Origin: Oikopleura dioica
Taxonomy: Eukaryota > Animalia > Chordata
Length of the DNA stretch: 64,000 bases
Direction: 5' to 3'
NCBI GenBank assembly: GCA_907165135.1
Contig: OU015566.1
Span: forward strand, 7,006,001-7,070,000
The notes under the pieces were generated by a model. The model was given only the letters and a program-made list of their open reading frames with translations. It was not told where the DNA came from and made no database searches. The position numbers and the translations under genes were made by a program. The stretch's first letter is position 1; every line of letters begins with the position of its first letter. Shown piece after piece: positions 31,577-44,188 of this stretch.

Positions 31577-34500
31577 TTGTTTTTCCCTCCTTCCGACGCT
31601 CCCTTCCGTGACTAGAATTTCCTAGAACTTCATTATTTTTTTAAGCTCACGCCCCACGAGAAAACTTTTTCTTCATTCAATATGCCAGATTAAATTTCTC
31701 TAGAAAACTACCAAAATCAAGCTATACCAGCATATTGAATAACCACCAAATCTCATCAATAATCATTTTTGTGCTACAATTTTTCCTCGGGTGAGCATAT
31801 TTTGTGAGGTTTACTGTTGCTTATGGGTTGAAGCGGGTTCATATTCGCTGAAAATCGCCATAAAACCCCATCTGATATCATATAAATTTATGGATATGCC
31901 CACCCCAGGAGTTTTACAATAGAACTGGTCGCAAATTTCACACAAACTTCGTCTTTAATCCTTGTTGTCTCCGACTTTAGCAGCTACAACTTTGTTGTGC
32001 CGCCTTAATGTATTCCTACAGTTACTTTTCTCCCGATATTGTATCAGAAACGTATATTTTTCGTGGTGTTCTCCTACAAAATAAAAGTCCGAAATCCCAA
32101 TCAATATGCCGCTATTCTGATTGTTTTACTAGGCGCTAGAATTGGTAATAATTGATCGCGAAGGCAATTAATTTCCGCGCGTAATTGAGTGACAATCCAA
32201 TAAATCTCCTTGCGGGTTGGCCTATCATGCCCCTGGGCGCGATATAGACCCTGAGATTTATTTCCAATACTTAGCAACTTGCAAAGAGCAGCGTTTATTT
32301 TTGTTTCAGAGTAATTTATTAATGCACAATGCTAAGACACGAGAAAATCGGATTTGCGGGGGGAGACGGACGGCAGGTGACTCAGACTCGATTTATCCAT
32401 CAATCCAGAAACACGAGCCAATCGGCGACACTTGCCCAAGGCCAGTCGCGCTCTAACCCCAGGGCACCGCACTTCTGCCCTCCGCCTGTCTGATCAGTGA
32501 ATTAATTCTCAGAGAAAATCATACTGTACTCCTTGGAACAACAGGAACGAATTGGAAGAATTTCTCCGAATTCGAAGAAGAATAAGATCCTTTTTTTTAA
32601 TTCTATAAAAAAATTATGTCTGCAGTAGAATTAAAAGACCGAGTTTCAAAAGTACAAGTTGAATATTTTGTTCAGGAGAAGTTGAAGATTCTCTTCGTTG
32701 AAATTTCTTTGCGACGCCCTAAAGATCATTTGACAGAAAATTATTGATCTTGACAAAGATTTAATTCTAGCTGCATGCACGACAATCTAAACAGCTAGTT
32801 GGCTAAAAAGAGAATGCACCTTCAGCTAAAGCTCTAATTGAGCCAGCTCAGCTTGTTTCAACTCGTAGCCAGAAATATATCGGCATTTTTCTTGACTAAT
32901 GAAATTTGTGTTTTCCGCGGATGTTTTCATTTTTACTTCTGCTGATATTCTCCACGGGAAAGATACAAAACTTTGCGTATTCGAAATAGAATTCTGATAA
33001 ACACAGAACTCTTGATAAATATTGTGTCAATCAAAAGTTTCCGGTGAAGGGTTAATTTTTAAACGCGGCGCAAATATTGTGACATATAATTGGAACGTTT
33101 GGCACTGTCTGTCGGTCAAATTGTCAGAGAGAGAATCTTTATCGAAACCACTGTAACTTCTTTTTGTGAATCCGTTAAAACGTAAAGGAGGTTCTTATTG
33201 GCTGAAAGCCTTTTTCGGGCATATTTATTTGCCGTAGCCCTTTTAACACTACGACTCGTTGAAGGATTTTTTAATAATTGTAATTGGCTAGATTTGTTTT
33301 TTACCAATTTTGATTGGCTGAAGGGCTGTTTTCGTATTTTGATAAGTTGAAAAACCTTTTTCGAATGACCGAAAATGGCCTGAATTTATTGCCACCGGTC
33401 TCATTAAATCGAAACTTTAATGGTTTTTTTAAATAGCAGCGTCGAGTTTTTAATTGACCTGTTTATCGAAAATAAGAGAAACCAAGGAGCGCCCAATTTC
33501 GAACTTTAGAAGAAAATAACAATGAAAGAGCGGGGTTTTTTGTCGCTTGAATTTTTAATACCAACGATTCCCGGAATCCAGGACTGATCGAATTCGATTG
33601 TTAGTCTGTATATAATCGCGTTTGTTTGCTAGTTAAAAATTCAGTCTTCCGCGAATCGGCCCTTTGAGACGCTGTCGCCCCGGGGGAGTACTTGTCAGTA
33701 GGAAAAAAAGGGAAGAAACGAATTTGCATGGGCGAGCAAGCGTTTCTGCGATTCAGCAATCGTTCCAATTAGCGATATCGCCCATGATTTGATTAAATTT
33801 CTGCTCAAGCCGAATCCTTTCTGAAACAACAGTTTCTTTATCCAACAAAAATGGGGGTTCATTTATTGAAATCAAGAAAGAAAACGAGTTTTTATCAATT
33901 TTTGTTTATATATTTTTGAAATAGAGAATCTTTTTAAAATTGGTTTATATTTTTCATTTTGATTTTTTGTATAAAATCTTAACTTTTTTGGTGTTTTTAT
34001 TTTTGAAGCAATTATATAATGATGGGTACGTTCTTTTGCGATGCACTCGAGTGATTAAATTGAATCAGTTAATGACTTTCAAAGTGAGGGAAGCTTTTTG
34101 GCAGCCCCAAGCTTCGGGCGATCTGAAAATACCGCCGCGAAGAGAGAGAGAAAATAATAAAGAGCTGCGTTTTTTCTTTCTATTTTTGAAATTTACTGTT
34201 TTATTTTTCGATGAAAGCCCCCTCACCTTTAATTGAATCTGCTGGGATTTTCACAAGTTTGTGAAGTTACCATTTTCGCAAATGGTAACTTTTGGATAAG
34301 TAAATTTTACGAGCTCAAGAGCCGAGTTATTTGACTTTTACTGCGGTCCGAATGATATACCAATTTTGACTGTCTGAAAGCGAGAGAAATAATTTTTACC
34401 CAGTTTGTTTTCGGGTTTTTGAACGCAAATGAAATGAGCCGAAAGTTCATTTTTGAGTGTTTGAATAAAACAATCGCTGCGGTTTGACAGGGGATAAGAT

Positions 34501-35076
34501 GTTTCGCGAATAAATAAGGGATGAAAAAGGGTGAAAGGTACAAATGTTTCCCTTTGCCCAGCTGTTTTATTCGATGTTTTTGAAGATGAAAATATCCCAC
34601 TGCGCGGGAGAAATCGCACTCGCATGTGTTATTTCCGGGCACTTCAAAAATTATCGGTTTTTTCGGATTTTTTTTTCGATTTTTTCCCAGAGAAAGAAAA
34701 TTTTCAAGAGAAACTTACTTTTCTACATTTTCTGTAAGGATGTTCGAAAGACCTATTTCTAGTGGTTAAATTAGACCAAAATAACAATTTTAAAGCGAAA
34801 TTTCGTGCTTATTAGCTTTGAGGAAAGATATCCAAAGCTTTAGTGACCTATTTACCAATCAAAGACCTGTATTTTTCACGTTAGCCAATCAAAAGCGAGC
34901 GAAGTCCTCGAGAAATCAACCTTTCGCCGATAGAAAGCTCATTTTTGAGATTTATGATTTTTGAAAATTTAATCAGTAACGATGATTTTTCTAGAGACAG
35001 TCATCGGTGCGTGTTTTGAACTTGATTCGTGAGCTTTCGTTCGTCGGGCGGATCGCAAAAGATTCTTTTTACTTGG

Positions 35077-38000
35077 ATGGTTTTTGCTTGGCCCTCGCTG
35101 CTGCTACTACTGCTACTCCAATCGGCAAGCGCACAAGGGGGCCCTTCGGAACTTTATGGTCTAAAATTGGACAACTGGCAAGTTTCTGAAACGAACCTAC
35201 TTGCGTACCAGGCTGTTGAGGATCAGGTAACAGAAAATATCAATGTAATGAAAAATTCATCCTATTTTTAGATTGCCGGGTCGCTCCCGGTAGCGATCAA
35301 CGCTGACTCGCGAGTTGTTCTCTTCGGAGAAAATCTAATCGGGCGAAAGTTCGTGCTCACCGAGTACACGGGCAATGAAGGACCGAAATGCAACGATCAC
35401 GGACACACGAAGAGCGTCGCCGTCAACGCATACACAGAAGAACTCGACGTCGGAGTTATCAACATCAACAACACGGCCTTTGAGGATATTGCAGCTGGAA
35501 AGTACTACTTTTGCTTCGCTGATCCAAACGATAATGATGTCTATTTAGTAAGTACCTCTCTTTCAATTTTCGGAAAACGAATTTCTTTTTAACATCTCTT
35601 CTAGCACGCTGGAAACAACAGCATCCAAAGCATTCATTTCGTGGAAGTGGACTCGCAAACCTCCATCCTCCCCGTCCCCCTGCAGACCATCTGTATCGGT
35701 CTCCTCCTCTGCCTTTCCGGAACGTTCTCCGGCTTGAATCTCGGTCTCATGGCGCTGGACCCGCAGCAGCTCAAGATTCTCACCACTTCGGGATCGCCGG
35801 ATGAGATCAAGTACGCCAAATCGGTGCTGCCCGTCAGAATTCACGGAAACTTTTTACTCTGCACGTTGCTCCTCGGAAACGTCCTTGGTAAGAAACTAAG
35901 ATTGCGAAAAGAATTCTATTCTGACCGACAGGAAAGAAAAAAGATCAGAGAATTTCCAAAACGCAAAGATTGGACTTTTTCCAGCAGCCGAAAAATCCCT
36001 GAGCAAACTCGGAACCGCTACTCCTATCAATTTCCTGAAGCGATAAGCTTCTGCAAATTTAGTCTTTTGCTGCGTTCTGACGGTATCTATTCAGTAAACA
36101 ACACGCTGACGATTTTGCTCGATGATCTGACCTCTGGAACGGTGGCGATTGTTGGCGCCACCGCTGGAATCGTCGTTTTTGGTGAAATTATCCCTCAGGA
36201 ATGTGTTCTTTCTTCCTCTTTTTGAGTTCTTTGCGATAATTTAAATCAAGTCAATAGAGTCGTCCTTCGAGTATATTAAAAATGAAGCTGTGCGTAGCGC
36301 GGCTAATTTCCTTTTTCTCGAAGCCGCAAGTGACTTCTCGGTTTCAAAAGTCATCAGAAAGAACACGAAAAGGCTATCTGCTCTCGACACGGGCTCGCTG
36401 TGGGATACCATACTCTTCCTCTTACCTACATTTTTATGGCCATTACTGGAATCATCTCTTATCCGCTTGGCAAGATCCTCGACGTCGTTCTCGGCGAAGA
36501 AATGGGCGTCAACTACAAGAAGCAAGCCTTCCTCGAACTCATCAAGCAAGGACAAAACGATCTTGAAGGTAGTTTCCTTCTATAGAAAGAAGCTTTAAAA
36601 CTCCAATTCAGAGGACGAAAAGATTATGATCGAAGGAGCGCTAAAACTGAGCGAAAAGACCGTCCGCGACGTCATGACGCCTATCAACCACGTGTTCACC
36701 GTCTGTGAAGACGAGATCATCGACTACGACTTCATGGGACGCGTTTCCGACGCTGGATACTCTCGAATTCCAGTCACAAAGCGCGGCGGAAAGAACTCGG
36801 AAATTACTGGTACGTTTTTTCTTTTCTATATTTGCGATATTTTAATCCTCAAATCTTTCTTGTTGTTTTAGGTCCGGAAATCACAGGTTTTCATAGGTGA
36901 TTCTGTCGACAAGTAAAATAATATACAAATTTTATTGGAATGTTACGGGCCAAGTTTTGTTATTAAATCGGTGAAAATAGACTCATTTTTGGAACTTTTT
37001 TTTGTTATAAATTTTTTCAACTTTTTTCTTTGCCAATTTTGTCCAAAAGATACTTATTTTATTCGACAATTTAATTGATCTTTCGCTACTTATTCATATA
37101 TTCGAAGAAAACTAACGATTTCTTTTGTATTCTTCTTTTCATAATCCGAAAACTCAAACCCGTTTTCGATAAAAACCACCATCGGCCAGCACTAATATAA
37201 CCGGTACAAAGCAAAGTTTCCAACAAAACTGTTTGTTCGGAATTTGGTGTTTTTCTAGCTTCATTTTTTACAAATTTCTGACGCGTGTTTAGGTCTGCTC
37301 TTCCTCAGAGATTTGGTCATGCTCGATCCGGATGACAATACTGTCGTTTCTACTGTCACGAATTTTTACAAGCATCAGCTGATGAGCATCGATCAGGATA
37401 TGAAGCTCGATGATATGCTCGAAGAATTCAAGGTAAGAAACAGAAAATCAAAAGTTCTGAAGTCCTAAAACAACATCAGAAAAACCACCATCATCTCTCT
37501 TTGGTCACAATGCCTATCCAAACTGGAACAGAAACCGACAGCAAGGCCGAACGCGAAACTTGCGGTATCATCACCCTCGAAGACATCATCGAAGAGATCA
37601 TTTGCGACGAGATCGTTGACGAAACCGACCAGTACCGCGACAATCGCTCCCGAATCCGTAACCACAAACGAGAGAAGACCGAGAATCCCAAGAATTTCTT
37701 CCGAAACCACTCTGAAGCTTGCGATCCTTCGTCGAACCCGCAGAATCCTGACAATCTCGAAGAAATTACGCGCGCCCAGATCGCAGCTGTTCTTCGCTTC
37801 ATGGTCGCCGAAGTCAAGCCTTTCTCCCAAGATGTCATTTCTGAAAACAAACTCAAACTCCTCCTATTTCAACAACATTCCGTCGTTTATGGTAAGATCG
37901 TTCTTCGGTTTTAAGAAATAACTTATTTTTTCAGTAAAACGAAGCTCCGAAACAAAACCGCTGCTTGTCCGTGGTCAACCAGTGACCCAGTTCATCGTCA

Positions 38001-39267
38001 TTATCGAAGGAAAGGCCGAAGTGCAACTCGGCGAGGACGAAATGCCGATCGAAGTCGGCCCCTTCCGATGCTTCGGCGTCTCCGCGCTCCTGGACGTCAA
38101 ACCAACCAATCTTGCCGAAAATGTTCAAATCCAAGGGTGAGCCAAAAACTTTCTTTCTTTTCATTTATTTGATGATTCGGAAAATTTGGAGAAATAATTC
38201 GATTTCAACCCTTTTATATTGATTATAAAGCAGGTTATTAATTGTACTTTCAAGAACTTCCCTTGTGGGAAAGGATGTATTAAAAGAAGTAAACCTGAGA
38301 AAAAGTGTCACGCTTAAAAATGCTGTGACAGTAACAGAACGGTAATCGGGTGCTAGCTTAGTTTGAATTCTTCTTTTCTTTCTTCATTTCTCTTTTCTTT
38401 TTACAGCAGTCCAAGATGCGGCTCCTAATCTTAGAGCATTTGATATTCATTGCTCTGAGATGACTGTAGTTCGTCTTGGAGGCATGCTTCTTACTAGCTT
38501 ATTGTAAATAGAAGTTTCTCTTTTTTAATTTTACTTCTTCCAGAAAACTAATGTGGTGCAAAGTAGGTATGGGAACGACCTCTTGCTCGTCTCTATATCA
38601 ACTTTTTATAAACAGTCGTTTCTCAACGTTTTAAAGATATATTTCAGCTCCCAATCCATTCCAAGTGGACTTGCTGGTGAAAGAGAATCAGTCGGTAAGT
38701 GTATCCGCGAACTTTTGAAGTGCTGAAATTGAGAATTTCAGATCGATCTGGTACTCCATCTCAGACTGGCGTCATTTCTGACGCTACTGTTCGAATAATC
38801 TCCGACGAATTCATCTACGCCCGTGTGACTCGAGCAGAGTACCGCCAAATGCGGAACCAGTTTGAAATCACCAAAGTCCAACAGGTACTCTTCCTTGCTA
38901 TCTTCTCTCGCTACCTCATCTTTAGCTTTCTGCTTCAATGGAACAACTGCAATCAGCTGGCTTTAGTCCCGAAAATACCTCAGTAACAAACGTCAACGAA
39001 ACCAGCATGAGTGATTCCAACGTCAAAGGTAAACAATATTAGTTTCACAGTAGAAGTAGAGCCTACTTAAAAGTCTAGTTTTACAATAATTGCAGATTAT
39101 TTATCGAGATAACTTCTGATCGAGATACAGCCCTGGTAAACATATGCGTTTTTGTAAAAAAAAGTGTTGTATAAAGTCATTCAATCAAACAGTCCTGACT
39201 TTATTTCAAACTTCAAAACTGACAGTAACGCTTACTCCTTTCAGAGCCTCTCCTTGGACAAAAGTAG
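35077..39267 (+). CDS. CNNM: CNNM metal (Mg2+) transporter: signal peptide, extracellular domain, DUF21, CBS pair, CNBH
   Basis: [16 protein letters not shown]; [14 protein letters not shown]; [18 protein letters not shown]; [19 protein letters not shown]; GYSRIPV; [22 protein letters not shown]. The terminal exon (EPLLGQK*) is the least certain. Confidence 0.93.
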
Positions 39268-39900
39268 ACCCGCCGACTTATCTAACTCAACCGACCACGT
39301 GCTCCTTAATCTCTCCTGCATCCAAGTTCATCCTCCCGACTACTCTACTTTTACTATCTCTCCTAGCTTTAGTTTTTATTTATCTAGCTCAGAAATGCTT
39401 CAGCTCTCTATCAAACACAAGTTCCTCGCTGGGTATTGTATAAGAGCGAAGCTTTCGCCCTTCTTTGATTTTGTAGAATTCTACTGTAAGAATTATATTT
39501 ATTTTCCCTTTTCTAAAAATGATATCAACTGTATTAACAAACGACCAGCGTGTAGTAGAGATCGAAAGTGTCTTTTACTGCCCTTTCGAGTAGCTTCTTA
39601 GTTTGCTCGGAACTAGAATCAATAAACGAACATCTGAAAACAGAAACAATCATTTCATGTCACATGTAAAAATGTAACATGCCCGTCTCATCGTTTGTTT
39701 CTTCCACCATAAAAGAGAAAAAGAAGAAGAAAAATGCTGCTGACTCGAGGAAGAATTCACCTTGTTCTTCTAGTGACTTGGTAAAGAATCACGTATTTCT
39801 GTATATAAAGTGTAATCACGAAATTCTTATGAATTATTATATATGAAGAAACATCGTCTTACTTCTTGTTTCCCTTTTCAGACAAAGGTGCTAGCTCGTC

Positions 39901-40494
39901 ATGTGCTCGAATTTCGAGGGAAAAATTAACACGCTCAATGATGATGGAACCGAGTGGCTTCCAAAAGCGTTCCAACAAGCGCAAGTCCACATGAAGCTTC
40001 TTCTCTCGCTCGGTCCCTCCAAGATCAAGTTCAGCCCTCTTGACGAGAAGATCTACGAGTCTTTCCGAAACGCCTTTCCTGATTTCGATGTAAGCAACGT
40101 CGATGAGGATCTTCAGGAGGAATTGAGATCGGGCGAAAATAAGGAACAGGCTGTCTAAATCAAAACTAAAAATACGCGAGACCTCCATTTCAAAATAGAA
40201 ATCCTGATAAGGATAAGTGGATAAACTGGATGGACCAGTTCAAAAACGACATTAAAGCTTTTGACAGCAAAAGTTTGCTTCGAAAGAACCCAGAGGGAGA
40301 CTACTCATCCCAGAATACGGTAGGCAGCTCGGTGCAATCCAGTGGCATGAAAATGTTTTCAGACATTCTGTCTTCGAGCTCAATTTTTGGCCATCGAAAT
40401 CGCTCGAAACAAAGAAGGCCTCAATCAGAAAATCGCTGATGCTTACAAACGAGCTACCTCTGGCAGATCTGGTGGCTGCTGCAGCCGCTGCTAA
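39901..40494 (+). CDS. PBDC1: PBDC1 (polysaccharide biosynthesis domain-containing protein)
   Basis: WLPKAFQQAQVHMKLL...LDEKIYESFRNAFPDFDV...LLRKNPEGDYSSQNT...RAQFLAIEIARNKEGLN matches the PBDC1/CXorf26 pattern. Confidence 0.88.
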
Positions 40495-41125
40495 AATTAT
40501 TTTTGAATTTCATGTTCTTTGTCTCAGTTCAACAAAGTTTTTAAAATATCTTTTAATTGACACTGATACAATAAACTAGATATTTGGGAAAATTAGACGC
40601 AGTTTATTAAAATGGTCGCAAATGGAGAGTCGCCAGAAAACGTTTCCAGAGAGGGAAACTCAAAAGTATCGAATTGAAGGGTCGTCAGACGGAAGTAGCT
40701 TGTTGAGACAAATTCATTAAAGATTCCATAAATTTGGAGGGAAACCACATCTGAAGCGGATTAGTATGCGATCTGCCCAACCATCCATCCGCTGGAGACC
40801 CAGCTTCATGAAATTCCACCCGAGCCTGTTCCGGAGTTGCTTTCTTTTGATTGAAAAAATAGTTCAAATATTGAACCCTCTGACAAAATCTACTGTTAGA
40901 AAATGGACGCAGTTTATTTAAATCAGCAAGAAAAGAGTCAAAGAATATAACTGTCATTTCCATGGAGCGTACTTCTTTGCTTGTCCATTTCAAGAATCTT
41001 CGGAACAACAGGTTGATGCAAATTCGTGAAGTCGGTCGCTCTTGGCAAAGTCGGCACTACAAAACTCTCGGAGAACTTGGAACTGTCGAATGCGGCCCTG
41101 TCGTTTTTATCCAATTTGAATTGAC

Positions 41126-43829
41126 TCAGAACTGGCTTTCGGACGGTCTTTCATGGATTTCATATTTTCTAGGGTTGATAGAAGCTAATGAGTACTGATT
41201 CAATATCTTCGAAACCCTTGACAAGGCGCTAGAATGAGCTGGAGTAACCGTTGACTTCTTTAAATGAAGGTTGCTATCGATGGCCACTGGAATCGTGGAA
41301 ACACTTCCTCCTTCATTGCAGTCTTGGTCTCCGTTATTGACGCGCAAAGTAACTATCTTCCGCTTTCCTTTAACTTCTAAGCCGAGTAAATCCGGCTTGA
41401 AGGATGGTTTCCCTTCCTTGACCAAATTGAGCGACGCCTCTTTCACCATTTTGTTCACTTCTTCCTGAATCTGCAGAATCGCTTTCTGAAAGTTTTTAAA
41501 ACAAGTTTTCAACAAAGAAGTGTTTTGATTACATTGAACTCGGTTTTCATTGATTTGCGGCGACCCTCCAAGAGTGTTATTTTTTCCAGCTTTTCGAAGA
41601 TTTCCGGCGCTTGGGGCAGTTTCTTGAGACGGTCGACCCAATCCACCGCGAATTCAAGACAAGCAGGATCCAGGGCGGTTTCGGCCATTGAGCAAATGCT
41701 TATGTTGTCCCCGTCGTGATTTATGTCGTCGACTGGTCCATGATGAAATGAAGATTTTGAGATTTGACGATCGTGAATTTGATGCGCGCTGCTTCTGTTT
41801 CGACTATTTTTTCCTAAATTCGCGCAGTTTCCCAAATCGACGCTCGGAAAATTGATGTTGATTTCTGACTTGTTCCTCAAAATGACTGACTGAACTTCTG
41901 CTGGATTGGGATCAACCAATGGATCTAATGGCACCGATTTACGCTGATGCTTCTGTTGCATTTGTTCTCTTTTGCTGCTATTTTCTTCGCGTATTAGTTC
42001 TTCTTCGGATTTCTGGGGCAATCGCATTCGAGTCAGAGTCGTTTTATCTTTTTCTCGCTGCTCTTGAATGTATTTTACTTCCACCTTGTTTCGTCGCATC
42101 GTTCTGTCGACCATTTCTAGCGCTCGTGTTCTCACGTGATCAGCTGCTTCGCAAAATTCTTTTGCGGTTTTTCGCAGCTCCGCGAGAGTCAGCTTCTTTA
42201 GTTCCTCCCCGTCGATTGGGCTGAGTTCCACATTTGAATTCGGCAATTCGCAGGTCTCGTTGAGTTTATTGACGAATTCGGCGAAAAAGTTGAAAGCTCT
42301 CATTTCTTGCTTGACTCGTTTCACTTGTTCCAATTTCGCAGCTACTGCTCCTATCGGCCGGGATTTGGGCTCAAGTCGTCGGATCGTATCTGAGGCGCTG
42401 TTTTGGATGTCAGTTTGTGAAGACATGTTCTGAAGCGAAATGCTATTTGAAGAGAGGTTTTTCTGACTCGGCGAGGCCAGTGCTTGAGCTACTTCGTGGA
42501 GCGTTATGTCTACGTCTTCTTTCATATCGCAAAAGTCGTTTATTTCTGATGAAGTGGACTCCACTGTGGAGGCGGTCAAGTTGGGAAGAACACGAAGATC
42601 TGACGATGATTTTCCCAGCGAGATGACTTTAGACGGGATGACAGAAATGTCTTCTCTTGAAATTTGCTTGACTAAAGAGCTCTCTATCGCGCCTTTAGAG
42701 GTCTTCCCAACGAGTGGATACGGACATGTGATCAGCGAGGGTCCTTTTTCGAGGCTTGTAGGTTTCGCTGGAACGAGTAAGGGAAGCTTTTCGACTTTTG
42801 GAGATGTTTCTCGCTCTTCTTCTTTTGTTTCGTCGATTTTTTGATTCTCTTTCTTGAGTTCTGCGATGTAGCTTTCCAAGTTCAAAATCTTGTCTTCTTG
42901 CGCTTCCAAAACCAGGTCTCGCGTTTTCAGAATTTCCTTGACTTCTTTTTTGTGGTCTGATTTTACTTTCGCTTCTCGCTTGTCAAAGTCTTTTATTTTT
43001 TCGGAAAGCTCTTCTATTCGCTGGTCGAGAAGAAAGATCTTCGCCTGGCGAGTCATTGATTCTGTTAACAGATCGTCGTAGTCTTCCTTTGACTTGGCGA
43101 TTGTGTTCGTTAATGTCTTCATTTTCTTGCGAATTTTGTTGAGTTTTGTCTTTTTATGGGTTTTAGAATTTTCTTCCTGGGGAAAGAAAGTGCAAATTCC
43201 TGGATTAAAAATCACAAAGCCCGTTGCCTGTAGATTTCGATTCTGTGTCTGCTTGACATCTGACTTACTGTTCGAAATGACATTTAGAATATCTGGCGCA
43301 AGGCCGTCAAGCCTATCAATGAGCTGTTGAGTTGAGTTGAGCGCATTTTGCAGCCGCTTGAGACCGTTTGCGCTGTCGTACTCGGAGGCAAGATCCATGT
43401 CTTCTGATCCAAACTCTTCAGCGGATTGCTCGAGAGCTTGGAGAATTCCTCGAAGGACATGTGTGCGCTTTCGGTCAACGGTTTTGCGCCCCACCACCAG
43501 GACTTGCACATCTTCTTGGAAACCACGGCGGAACTCGTCGTTCTGAATAAAAATTAATTCCAGGTCGTTTTTGCCTTAAATACCTTGATGTACTCTTCTA
43601 CTGCTTCAATATCCGAGGCCCAGTGAAATTTGCAGACTTGCTCAATTTCCGCCTCTTCGCAGAGTTCCATATCTTGCTCGTAGTTCATCAGCGTCGACGA
43701 GATCCGCGTCTTGATACTTTGGAGCTGCTCATCCAGCCGCTCTTTGGAACGGCCAAGATAATCAGCATCGAGGATTTGAAAGCCCCGAGCGTCCAAATAC
43801 TCGTCATTGTGGTTTTGAGGCTCCTTCAT
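41126..43829 (-). CDS. Large coiled-coil protein of unknown family (3' end uncertain; may extend to about 40685)
   Basis: 666-codon ORF 41509-43509 with heptad/charged stretches, flanked by an in-frame-splicing 5' exon (MKEPQNHNDEY...) and 3' exon (KAILQIQEEV...). Confidence 0.7.
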
Positions 43830-44188
43830 TTCTTCCCGGTGATGGGAAACTCGTGGCTCCTGTTTTTAATTTGTTAGTAAAAGCTCGATTGTGGACAAAA
43901 TATTCGTGATATTCGATTATAATACCTTTGACAATTTTGGCTTGAGAGCCTGCTGCCTATTCATGCTCGTTTTAAACTGACTTCGAAAGTTTTATTTTTT
44001 ATTTTTGTCAATTTGTTCTAGAGATTCTTCCTGATGTTATCCGAAAAACAACAATCTAATGCATGCGAAAAAGAAGTTTATTTAATGAAATCAGAGTATT
44101 TTTAGATGTTAGACGGCAAAAGATAGCCAAAATATCAGAAAAATAAAGAAGTAAGCTAGAAGATTGTATTCTGCAAGTCAGTGATTTT

